A stretch of 64,000 nucleotides of DNA from Clostridia bacterium (GTDB lineage: Bacteria; Bacillota; Clostridia; Oscillospirales; SIG627), in NCBI GenBank assembly GCA_017440805.1, contig JAFSGN010000009.1:4302-68301 (forward strand), read 5' to 3'. Under the pieces are notes generated by a model. That model did not search any database. It was not told the DNA's origin and saw only the letters and a program-made list of their open reading frames with translations. This document shows positions 47,524-55,300 of the stretch, piece after piece (positions within the stretch are counted from its first letter, which is position 1; the number at the start of each line of letters is the position of its first letter). A program made the translations under genes and the position numbers.

Positions 47524-48975
47524 ATGAAAAATGTTTTGCAATCTGTCGGCTATCTGCCCGACGAACGCCCCAGTTTTTTTAAGTTGTTCCTTTACGCACT
47601 CCAACAAGTAATTGTTATGTTCCCGGCAACCGTTACCGTGGCTCTCATAACCGGTTTTCAGGTTTCCACAACAATTTTCGCCAGCGGTCTTGCAACAATA
47701 TGTTTTATATTGGTTACAGGACAGAAAATCCCGCTTTATTATGGTTCTTCGTTTGCATACCTTACTGCAATAGCAAGTCTTGTGACAAGTGATGCCATAA
47801 TGGCAAAACTTTCCCCCGAAGCAATGGCTCAGGTCCAGGCATGGCAGCAGGGTGCAAGTGCAACTCTACCGGCAGAAGCAATTCAATATGCACAGTTTGG
47901 TATTGTTATGTCCGGTTTTGTTTCTATTGCCGCAGGTCTTCTTATTAAATTCAGCGGAGCAAAAGCCGTTGAAAAAATACTCCCTCCGTCAATAACAGGT
48001 CCTATTGCAATGGTTATAGGTCTTACTCTTGCAGGAAACGCCCTCGGCGATGCATATACTCCTTCGGCTACATTCACAGGTGACATGGGACTTGTATGGG
48101 TTGTTTCCCTTGCAACACTCCTTTCCACCATTTTGTTTTCAAGATATCTTAAAGGTGTTCTCGGTCAGTTGCCTCTCCTTCTGGGTGCTGCAGTAGGATG
48201 TCTTACCGCAGGTCTGGTTTACTGGATTGGCGGAAGCACACCCGATTTCAACCTTTTTGACTCCATGACAATTGAAACCATAGTTTCCGCATCTGCATGG
48301 AAACTGGGTGACGGCGGAATTTTTGCTCTCCCTGCTTTTACACTCCCCAAAGTATCAATAGAAGCACTGATTGCAATTATGCCTGTTGCAATTGCTACAA
48401 TTCCCGAGTCAACAGCACATATGTATCAACTTGATATTTATGTAAACAATGTTGCAAAAGAAAAAGGCAAAGGCAAATACGACCTTGTATCCAAACTTGA
48501 CAAAAACCTTATCGGTGACGGTATAGGCGATATGATTACCGGTTTAATCGGCGGTCCTGCAGGTACAAACTACGGTGAAAACATAAGTACCATGGCTATA
48601 ACAAAGGTATTTTCCGTACCTGTTCTTGTTGTAGCGGCTGTAATCGCAATGGTTGTATCCTGTTTCACACCCCTTATTCAATGCATTTACGCAATTCCCA
48701 CCGCAGTTATAGGCGGTCTTGAAATATACCTCTTCGGTGCTATTGCCGCACAGGGTATTGCAATAATGATTGACAAAAATGTGGATATGTTCTCCGCCAA
48801 GAATATTGCGGTTATTGCAACTGTTATGGTACTTGGTATCGGCGGAAACTACAAGTTCGGCGGTAACATTCCTTTCTTCGGCATTGAAGTTCCCTGCATT
48901 GCAGGTGCTGCAATTTTCGGTATAATTCTCAACCTCATTCTCAGCATAGGCGAAAAGAAAAAGTCTGCCGAATAA
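47524..48975 (+). CDS. Nucleobase:cation symporter-2 (NCS2, uracil/xanthine permease) family transporter
   Basis: About 13 TM segments with the NCS2 signature region GPAGTNYGENISTMAITKV. Confidence 0.85.
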   Translation: MKNVLQSVGYLPDERPSFFKLFLYALQQVIVMFPATVTVALITGFQVSTTIFASGLATICFILVTGQKIPLYYGSSFAYLTAIASLVTSDAIMAKLSPEAMAQVQAWQQGASATLPAEAIQYAQFGIVMSGFVSIAAGLLIKFSGAKAVEKILPPSITGPIAMVIGLTLAGNALGDAYTPSATFTGDMGLVWVVSLATLLSTILFSRYLKGVLGQLPLLLGAAVGCLTAGLVYWIGGSTPDFNLFDSMTIETIVSASAWKLGDGGIFALPAFTLPKVSIEALIAIMPVAIATIPESTAHMYQLDIYVNNVAKEKGKGKYDLVSKLDKNLIGDGIGDMITGLIGGPAGTNYGENISTMAITKVFSVPVLVVAAVIAMVVSCFTPLIQCIYAIPTAVIGGLEIYLFGAIAAQGIAIMIDKNVDMFSAKNIAVIATVMVLGIGGNYKFGGNIPFFGIEVPCIAGAAIFGIILNLILSIGEKKKSAE

Positions 48976-48994
48976 TCATTTTAAACATTACAAT

Positions 48995-49033
48995 GAAAAA
49001 ATGCATGGATTTTAAAAATCCGTGCATTTTTTT
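48995..49033 (+). terminator. Rho-independent terminator
   Basis: ATGCATGGATT/AATCCGTGCAT stem followed by T7. Confidence 0.75.
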
Positions 49034-49120
49034 GTATAAAAACAGATAGGCCGCTCCCCGTCACATTTGTGTTAAATGAACAATTCATGTTGTTTATAAC
49101 ACATAACTTACAAATATGTG

Positions 49121-49149
49121 TTGACTTTATACGGAGTCAGTGCTAAAAT
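49121..49149 (+). promoter_or_regulatory. Sigma-A-type promoter of the AEC transporter gene
   Basis: TTGACT-17 nt-TAAAAT. The inverted repeat AACACATA-N9-TATGTGTT (49098-49122) overlaps the -35. Confidence 0.4.
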
Positions 49150-49180
49150 AAATACCAGTCCTATTAAAAGGAGTGTACTT

Positions 49181-50152
49181 ATGGAGGTTTTCAATCTTAC
49201 CTTACAGCAAATGCTTGTGATGTTTATCATCATGGCGGCGGGATATATACTTAGAAAAGGAAATTACATACCCGAAAACAGTTCGGTGGCAATATCCAAA
49301 ATCCTGGCTTTTTTTCTGGCACCTGCATTGACGCTTCAAAATATGGCAGTCAATTGCACTCCTGAGACATTCATTGAAAATTCACGGCTGTTCATTTACA
49401 GTATTGTAATTGTACTGATTGCTGTTGGTATTTCCTATTGCCTGTCGGCGTTGTTTGTACGAAACAAGGAAAAATCACGGGAACTGGAATATCAGCGTCA
49501 GATTTATAAATATGCTCTGACATTCGGTAATTATGGTTATATGGGCACATACATAATTCTGGGAATATGGGGAGACGAGATGTTGTTCAAGTACAATATG
49601 TTCTGCCTTGTACTAAGCATTGTAGTATATTCCTGGGGCATTTACATACTTGTACCGAAATCCGAAAATTCCCCCGGCATTCTGGACAATCTGAAAGCAG
49701 GCCTGACAACCCCTACCATGATATCAATACTGTTGGGCGTTATTATAGGTCTGAGCGGGTTAAGTCGGTTTATTCCGGGTTTTGTCCTGTCCTCCATGGA
49801 AACTGCAGGAAACTGCATGGGACCCATGTCCATGCTTCTGGCAGGAATTGTTATCGGCGAGTATAATCTTCCTGAACTTATGAAAAATAAAAAAATATAT
49901 CTTGTTTCTTTACTCCGGTTGATTATTCTTCCTGCATTGTTTGTGGGAGCCCTGAAACTTATGAATCTCCCCGGAGATATTATGATTGTAGTACTGATTG
50001 CCTTTGCCACACCCCTGGGACTGAATACAGTTGTTTTTCCCTCCGCCTACGGCGGTGACAAGAAAACAGGGGCATCAATGACTGTGATATCAAGTCTGCT
50101 CTCAATTATAACAATCCCTCTCATGTACTATGTTTTTCTTGTTTTGATGTAA
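49181..50152 (+). CDS. AEC (auxin efflux carrier) family membrane transporter
   Basis: 10 TM segments, two-repeat organisation, and family-typical N-terminus Q.L.MF.IM..GY.LRK. The ATG at 49181 follows AAAGGAG. Confidence 0.8.
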   Translation: MEVFNLTLQQMLVMFIIMAAGYILRKGNYIPENSSVAISKILAFFLAPALTLQNMAVNCTPETFIENSRLFIYSIVIVLIAVGISYCLSALFVRNKEKSRELEYQRQIYKYALTFGNYGYMGTYIILGIWGDEMLFKYNMFCLVLSIVVYSWGIYILVPKSENSPGILDNLKAGLTTPTMISILLGVIIGLSGLSRFIPGFVLSSMETAGNCMGPMSMLLAGIVIGEYNLPELMKNKKIYLVSLLRLIILPALFVGALKLMNLPGDIMIVVLIAFATPLGLNTVVFPSAYGGDKKTGASMTVISSLLSIITIPLMYYVFLVLM

Positions 50153-50173
50153 ATATAATTCCAATAAAAACAG

Positions 50174-50216
50174 TGCCTCAGTAGATATAAAACTACTGCG
50201 GCATTTTATTTTTTTG
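50174..50216 (+). terminator. Rho-independent terminator
   Basis: TGCCTCAGTAG/CTACTGCGGCA stem (one mismatch) followed by TTTTATTTTTTT. Confidence 0.65.
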
Positions 50217-50561
50217 TCATATTACAATATAGCCGTTATGTTGTTTCTTTCCGGTACATTTTCTGTTCACACAGGGATAATACCGTCAAATCCGGAATAA
50301 ACCTGCAGATATTTCTGTTCACATAACCATCTCCCTGATTGCATTTTTACATGTTAATGTGCGACATATCAAGCATTTGCCGTTTTTTGCGTATATTTTC
50401 ATTATTTATGTGGATTTTTTCGTTTTTCGAAAGAAAAAGAGTGTTATAATATACTCAGATTTTTCTGTGATTTCAGACACCTGATGAAGAAAAACACACC
50501 ATTATCTCAAAATGCAAAGAAAAAATCAATAATACACATTCAAAATGAAAGGCGGATTTAT

Positions 50562-50852
50562 ATGAAAATCGGATACTTACCCCTTTACATCAAACTATAT
50601 GACGATATCGGTTCAAAAAGAGATGACATAATAAAATTCTATCTGGATACAACAGATATGTTCAGGCAACGCGGACTGGAAGTTATAACAACAGACTTCT
50701 GCCGTATAAAACCGGAATTTGAAAAAACCGCAGGATTTACAAAAATCATCAACGATTTATGTGTTGATATAAGTGCACAACTTTACAAACCCGACTGTCC
50801 CCCCTGCTCTACTTTTAAACCGCCTGTTACAACCGACGACAAAGTTCCGTAA
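50562..50852 (+). pseudogene. Probable 5' relic of an L-fucose/L-arabinose-isomerase-family gene (only about 57 N-terminal residues are recognisable)
   Basis: MKIGYLPLYIKLYDD..RGLEVITTDFCRIKPEFEKTA resembles the N-terminus of proteins about 470-500 aa long. The frame then runs into unrelated sequence and stops after 96 codons. Confidence 0.3.
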
Positions 50853-50976
50853 GTATTTCTGAAAAAATCGAAGAGGGTTTACAAAAATTAATATAATACA
50901 TTTCGGATGTAATTAAAGCAGCAAGTACCACGGTATCAGAAATTTAAACAGCACTTCGGTTGAGATGCTGTTTCTC

Positions 50977-51005
50977 TTGCTTTTTTTATTTGAATGTGAT
51001 ATAAT
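50977..51005 (+). promoter_or_regulatory. Sigma-A-type promoter (extended -10) of ppa
   Basis: TTGCTT-17 nt-TGaTATAAT. Confidence 0.45.
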
Positions 51006-51045
51006 ACAATACCTGAAACATTCTTATAGGAAAGGAGATATTCCA

Positions 51046-51579
51046 ATGTCTAATATCTGGCATGACATTTCACCAAAAAGAATACACGCCGAAGATTTTA
51101 TCTGTGTTGTGGAAATTTCAAAAGGAAGTAAGAAAAAATACGAACTTGACAAAGAAACCGGCTTTCTTATGCTGGACAGAATTCTGCACACATCAACACA
51201 CTATCCTGCAAACTACGGGTTTATTCCCAGAACTTACGGTGACGACAATGACCCGCTTGATGTACTCCTGTTATGCTCCGAGCAGATTGAACCGATGACG
51301 CTTGTCCGTGCATATCCTATCGGAGTAATTTCCATGATTGATAACGGACGCAATGACGAAAAAATAATTGCTATCCCTTTCAACGACCCAAACTATAATA
51401 TGTACAAGGATATAAGTGAACTGCCTAAACACATTTTCGAGGAAATGAGCCACTTTTTCTCGGTATATAAAAATCTTGAAAACAAAGAAACCGCAGTAAA
51501 CGAAGTCAGCGATTATAAAGTCTCGCTTAAAATAATTGACAAAGCAATCAATAATTACATAGACAAGTTTTGCAAATAA
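51046..51579 (+). CDS. ppa: Inorganic pyrophosphatase, family I
   Basis: EISKGSKKKYELDKETG, YPANYGFIP.T.GDDNDPLDVL. The ATG at 51046 follows AGGAAAGGAG. Confidence 0.93.
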   Translation: MSNIWHDISPKRIHAEDFICVVEISKGSKKKYELDKETGFLMLDRILHTSTHYPANYGFIPRTYGDDNDPLDVLLLCSEQIEPMTLVRAYPIGVISMIDNGRNDEKIIAIPFNDPNYNMYKDISELPKHIFEEMSHFFSVYKNLENKETAVNEVSDYKVSLKIIDKAINNYIDKFCK

Positions 51580-51628
51580 CGGGTATTTTACCGTAATCCG
51601 TGCGGTTATTCCGAAATCTGTATGTTCA

Positions 51629-51934
51629 TTAATATACTGGCAAAATCATACCACAAGCAATCTTTGTACCGGAATTACCCGACAGCTGGGTTATAAAGTC
51701 ATCCGGCGACGAATGAATTATAACAGTTTTTCCTATTATTTCCTCGGGAGAAAATCTGTCTGTCAAAAAAACAGAAAATCCATATCCGTCCGCACCAAAC
51801 ACAGGGGGCATATCTCCCGCGTGGTAAGGGTGTGGGCAACTGTCGGGATTATAGTGCGTCATCGCATCGGCAAATAGGTCTGTGTTGTTTCCCGTGCAAC
51901 TCCCGCCGTTATGTATATGAACCGCAAAAACAGG
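51629..51934 (-). pseudogene. 5'-truncated Cu/Zn-superoxide-dismutase-family gene fragment
   Basis: The open frame reads PVFAVHIHNGGSCTG..MTHYNPDSCPHPYHAGDMPPVF..VIIHSSPDDF..SGNSGTKIACG. This is only the C-terminal about two-thirds of the SodC fold. A TAA sits directly upstream at 51935-51937, and an upstream terminator hairpin lies about 30 nt away. The first ATG lies after the HxH motif. Confidence 0.5.
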
Positions 51935-51962
51935 TTACATACTTACTGATTTGTCTTTAATA

Positions 51963-52004
51963 TCAAAAATACCGCTGAAACGATGTCGTTTCAGCGGTAT
52001 TTTG
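51963..52004. terminator. Perfect-stem terminator downstream of the Fe-S protein gene
   Basis: ATACCGCTGAAACG-ATGT-CGTTTCAGCGGTAT 14-bp stem flanked by A5 (T5 on the minus strand) and TTTGTT. Confidence 0.7.
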
Positions 52005-52037
52005 TTATCCGGTGGTTTTCTGTTACGCCTTATAAAA

Positions 52038-52739
52038 TCACTCAATAATATTTCCGTCTGTGGAAATTGTAACCACTCTCCAGGGAATAAATTTTCCGCT
52101 TGTCATAAGAGCATTTTTTACACTAAATTCTATTCCTCCGCAACAGGGTACTTCCATTCGTACTACCGTTACACTTTTTATATTGTTGTTTGCAATTATG
52201 GCAGACAGTTTTTCCGTATAGTCGCCCTCATCAAGTTTTGGACAGCCGATAAGTGTTATATGGTTTCTTATAAATTCGTTATGAAAGTTTCCGTATGCAT
52301 ATGCTGTACAGTCTGCGGCTACCAGTAAATTTGCTCCGTCAAAATACGGTGCATTTACCGGTACAAGTTTTATCTGTACCGGCCACTGAGACAATCTGCT
52401 GATATTTTCGGTTGCAGACGGAATATTATCGGTACGGCATTCTCTGTGAATGGTTTTTGAGTGAGTTCCCGGACAACCGCAGGGAAGCGGTGTCTCCGAT
52501 TTTTGTTCCTTGGCTTTCTTCACTGCGTTTTCGTTATATACAGGGGCTTCCCTTTCTTCAAAGGTAATTGCTCCCGTAGGGCAGGCAGGCAGACAATCAC
52601 CCAGACCATCACAGTAATCCTCGCGTGTGAGTTTTGCTTTTCCGTTTATCATTTCAATTGCACCCTCATGACAGGCAGCGGCACACAAACCGCATCCATT
52701 GCATTTTTCTCCATCAATTTTTATTATTTTTCTTATCAT
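52038..52739 (-). CDS. 4Fe-4S dicluster domain protein with conserved Cys-rich C-terminal domain
   Basis: CNGCGLCAAAC and CDGLGDCLPACP ferredoxin motifs. The C-terminal part carries AADCTAYAY, IGCPKLD and VPCCGG. Confidence 0.75.
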   Translation of the reverse strand: MIRKIIKIDGEKCNGCGLCAAACHEGAIEMINGKAKLTREDYCDGLGDCLPACPTGAITFEEREAPVYNENAVKKAKEQKSETPLPCGCPGTHSKTIHRECRTDNIPSATENISRLSQWPVQIKLVPVNAPYFDGANLLVAADCTAYAYGNFHNEFIRNHITLIGCPKLDEGDYTEKLSAIIANNNIKSVTVVRMEVPCCGGIEFSVKNALMTSGKFIPWRVVTISTDGNIIE

Positions 52740-52752
52740 GTGTAATACCTCC

Positions 52753-52781
52753 TTGACTTTTCGGTTATATTATACTATAAT
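52753..52781 (+). promoter_or_regulatory. Consensus sigma-A promoter of the Crp/Fnr regulator gene
   Basis: TTGACT-17 nt-TATAAT. The palindrome GTTGT-TTTT-ACAAC at 52797-52810 lies in the leader. Confidence 0.5.
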
Positions 52782-52823
52782 AATTAAAACAAATCTGTTG
52801 TTTTTACAACGAAAGGCGGAAAA

Positions 52824-53516
52824 ATGAAAAATTTTATTCCGGTTCTGAAGAGAACACAGTTATTTTCAGGTGTAGGTACAGAAGAAACCGAATCTATGCT
52901 TTCCTGTCTTAATGCAAGACTCTGCGTATATCAAAAAGGCGAATATGTCATACGCCAGGGGGAGCATCTGAATGAGATTATTGTGTTGCTTGAAGGGAAT
53001 CTTCACATTCAGAATGACGATTACTGGGGAAACCGAAGCATATTAAGTCATATTACCCCGGGAGAAATGTATGGCGAATCTTATGTTTCACCGGAAAGCG
53101 GAACGGTTATCAACGATGTTGTTGCAACAGAAAAAAGCACCGTAATCTTTTTTAATGTCACAAGAATCCTTACAACCTGCTCTTCAGCCTGCAGGTTTCA
53201 TCAGAAAGTAATGCAGAACATGTTCTTCGCAATCTCAGAAAAAAACAGAAATCTTGTGCAGAAACTCGGACATATGTCCAAGCGTTCCACCCGTGAAAAA
53301 CTCGTTTCATATCTGTCGGAACAAGCAGGAAGACAAAACAACTCTCATTTCACCATTCCTTTCAACCGCCAGCAACTTGCGGATTTTCTGTCGGTTGACA
53401 GAAGTGCCATGTCTAACGAACTGTGCAAAATGCGGGATGAGGGACTTATAGAATTCAATAAAAACAGTTTTATTCTATTAGATAATCTGCGGAACAGTAC
53501 ACCTTCCACCGTATAA
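52824..53516 (+). CDS. Crp/Fnr family transcriptional regulator
   Basis: N-terminal cNMP-binding-like barrel and C-terminal HTH (RQQLADFLSVDRSAMSNEL). Confidence 0.88.
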   Translation: MKNFIPVLKRTQLFSGVGTEETESMLSCLNARLCVYQKGEYVIRQGEHLNEIIVLLEGNLHIQNDDYWGNRSILSHITPGEMYGESYVSPESGTVINDVVATEKSTVIFFNVTRILTTCSSACRFHQKVMQNMFFAISEKNRNLVQKLGHMSKRSTREKLVSYLSEQAGRQNNSHFTIPFNRQQLADFLSVDRSAMSNELCKMRDEGLIEFNKNSFILLDNLRNSTPSTV

Positions 53517-53550
53517 TAAAAATCTGCCTAAAAAATTTTTGCAAAAACTA

Positions 53551-53579
53551 TTGACAAATCCGATTTTATGTGTTAGAAT
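53551..53579 (+). promoter_or_regulatory. Sigma-A promoter of T-box unit 1
   Basis: TTGACA-17 nt-TGtTAGAAT. Confidence 0.6.
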
Positions 53580-53590
53580 ATCCCCCGTAA

Positions 53591-53862
53591 ACGCAGTGAT
53601 GCGGAATAGTATGCAAAGTATTTTTGCTTTGAGAGAGATGTCGGGCGGTGCGAGACATTGGCAGAATCTTGCAGAACTCACCGTTGAGCGGCTGTCGTGA
53701 ACTTACAGTAGGGACAGACGGAAACTCCCGTAACAGAGTTAAGATGTGTTAGCATCTAAAGGGCATCCTTACAGGATGAAAAAGAGTGGTACCGCGGAAA
53801 CATTATCTGAAGTTTAACGTTTTCGTCTCTTTGAGTCAACAAAGAGATGAGAGCGTTTTTTT
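53591..53862 (+). promoter_or_regulatory. T-box leader (riboswitch) 1, specifier CUC (Leu), transcription-attenuation type
   Basis: K-turn GTGATGCGG/CCGTTGAGCG. Specifier loop with AGTA on the 5' side and GAA-CTC-A on the 3' side (CTC at 53677-53679). AGAGAG bulge, GGTGCGA distal loop, T-box GAGTGGTACCGCGG (53784-53797). Terminator stem CGTCTCTTTG/CAAAGAGATG followed by T7. Confidence 0.85.
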
Positions 53863-53910
53863 GTTGACAAAACCTTTATATTATATTTTTTATGAAAGGA
53901 AATTTCAAAA

Positions 53911-55299
53911 ATGAGAACAATCTATGTTACAGACATTACTCTTAAGAAACTTTCAGAGGACCGTGAAATATCACTGCTTTTCCGCGAAAAATCCGCCATC
54001 GCTAATTGTGCCGATGCACTCGGTGTAAATGCTATAGAGTTGCCTGCTGTAAAAAATCTTCGTGAGGATACCATTATTTATAAAACCATTGCACAAAATG
54101 TTCAGCATGCAACCCTTGCCGTTCCGGTGGGATTCAACAAGCAGGATGTTGCGTCTGTATGGGAATGCATCAAAGACGCAAAACAACCTCGCCTTCAGGT
54201 TGAACTTCCCGTTTCAACAATTCAGATGGAATATACATATCATGTAAAGCAGTCGGTTATGCTCGAAAAAATTACCGAACTCATAAAAGAAGCAAAAACA
54301 TATTGCAATGATGTGGAATTTTCAGCACTGGATTCCACACGCGCCGATGATGACTTTCTTATCTCAGCCGCAAAAGAAGCAGAGTCCGCCGGTGCAAGTA
54401 TGATAACTCTTTGCGATAATGCCGGAGTTTCGACTCCCCGTCAAATCGAAGAGATGGTTGAAAAAATCAAACAAGCGGTAAGCATTCCAGTATATATTCA
54501 GGTTTCTGACCGTATAAATATGGGTGTTGCATCATCCTTTGCAGCGATTTCAAAAGGTGCAGACGGCATTAAATGTGCCATTGCCGGCAAAGACATTCTT
54601 TTAACCGGTGAATTTTCCGACGCAATGAGTGTCTGCGGCACTCAGATTGATGCTAAAATTGAACTTAACACCACAAAAATTCATGCAAGTATTGACGAAA
54701 TGCTGTCAAACATAAATCACAAAAACTATGAAAACGAAGTATCCGTAAGCGACAGAAAAAAGATTTTGCTTGATTCCGATTCTTCCATCTCCCAGGTTGC
54801 TCACGCAGCAGAGGTTTTGGGATACCAACTTTCTGATTCGGATATGGGAAATGTATATAAAGCACTGACACAGGTATGGGAAAAGAAAGGTGCAGTAGGT
54901 TCAAAAGAATTTGAAGCGTTGATAGCAAGTTCTGCCATGCAGGCTCCTTCGACATACCATTTTGAAACATACACAACAACAAGTAGCAATGCGACAAGTT
55001 CAATGTCACAGGTTACACTTAAATGCAATGACGAAATAATATGCGGTGTCAGCAGCGGAGACGGTCCGATAGACTCTGCTTTCCGTGCAATCGAACAGTG
55101 CATAGGACATCACTATGAACTTGATGATTTTCAGGTTCAGTCCGTAACAGAAGGTAAAGAAGCCCTGGGTTCTGCGTTGGTAAGACTTCGCAACAACGGA
55201 AAACTTTATTCAGGTAACGGAACATCAACCGATATTGTCGCTGCAAGCATAAGAGCATATATAAATGCACTTAACAAAATTGTTTTTGAGGAGGCATAA
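53911..55299 (+). CDS. 2-isopropylmalate-synthase-like protein with degenerate active site but intact C-terminal LeuA regulatory/dimerisation domain
   Basis: HMGL-type barrel similarity, but DTTLRDGEQ is replaced by DITLKKLSE and HxHND by QVSDR. The C-terminus GDGPIDSAFRAIEQ..VTEGKEALGSALVRLRNNGKLYSGNGTSTDIVAASIRAYINALNK is classic LeuA_dimer. Confidence 0.75.
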   Translation: MRTIYVTDITLKKLSEDREISLLFREKSAIANCADALGVNAIELPAVKNLREDTIIYKTIAQNVQHATLAVPVGFNKQDVASVWECIKDAKQPRLQVELPVSTIQMEYTYHVKQSVMLEKITELIKEAKTYCNDVEFSALDSTRADDDFLISAAKEAESAGASMITLCDNAGVSTPRQIEEMVEKIKQAVSIPVYIQVSDRINMGVASSFAAISKGADGIKCAIAGKDILLTGEFSDAMSVCGTQIDAKIELNTTKIHASIDEMLSNINHKNYENEVSVSDRKKILLDSDSSISQVAHAAEVLGYQLSDSDMGNVYKALTQVWEKKGAVGSKEFEALIASSAMQAPSTYHFETYTTTSSNATSSMSQVTLKCNDEIICGVSSGDGPIDSAFRAIEQCIGHHYELDDFQVQSVTEGKEALGSALVRLRNNGKLYSGNGTSTDIVAASIRAYINALNKIVFEEA

Positions 55300-55300
55300 A

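Noticed and set aside
50236-50322. 28-codon GTG-initiated minus-strand ORF (MNRNICRFIPDLTVLSLCEQKMYRKETT) with a GGGAG RBS, containing both TTTCTGTTCACA repeats
   Set aside because: It is too short and has no detectable similarity or conservation evidence. I mention it only as a possibility inside the decay-zone finding.
53699-53705. GAA-CTT-A in T-box 1 as the specifier (CUU)
   Set aside because: It lies in the loop of the hairpin CTGTC..GACAG, after Stem I has closed, which is the Stem II loop-E motif. The positional specifier next to the K-turn helix is GAA-CTC-A at 53674-53680.
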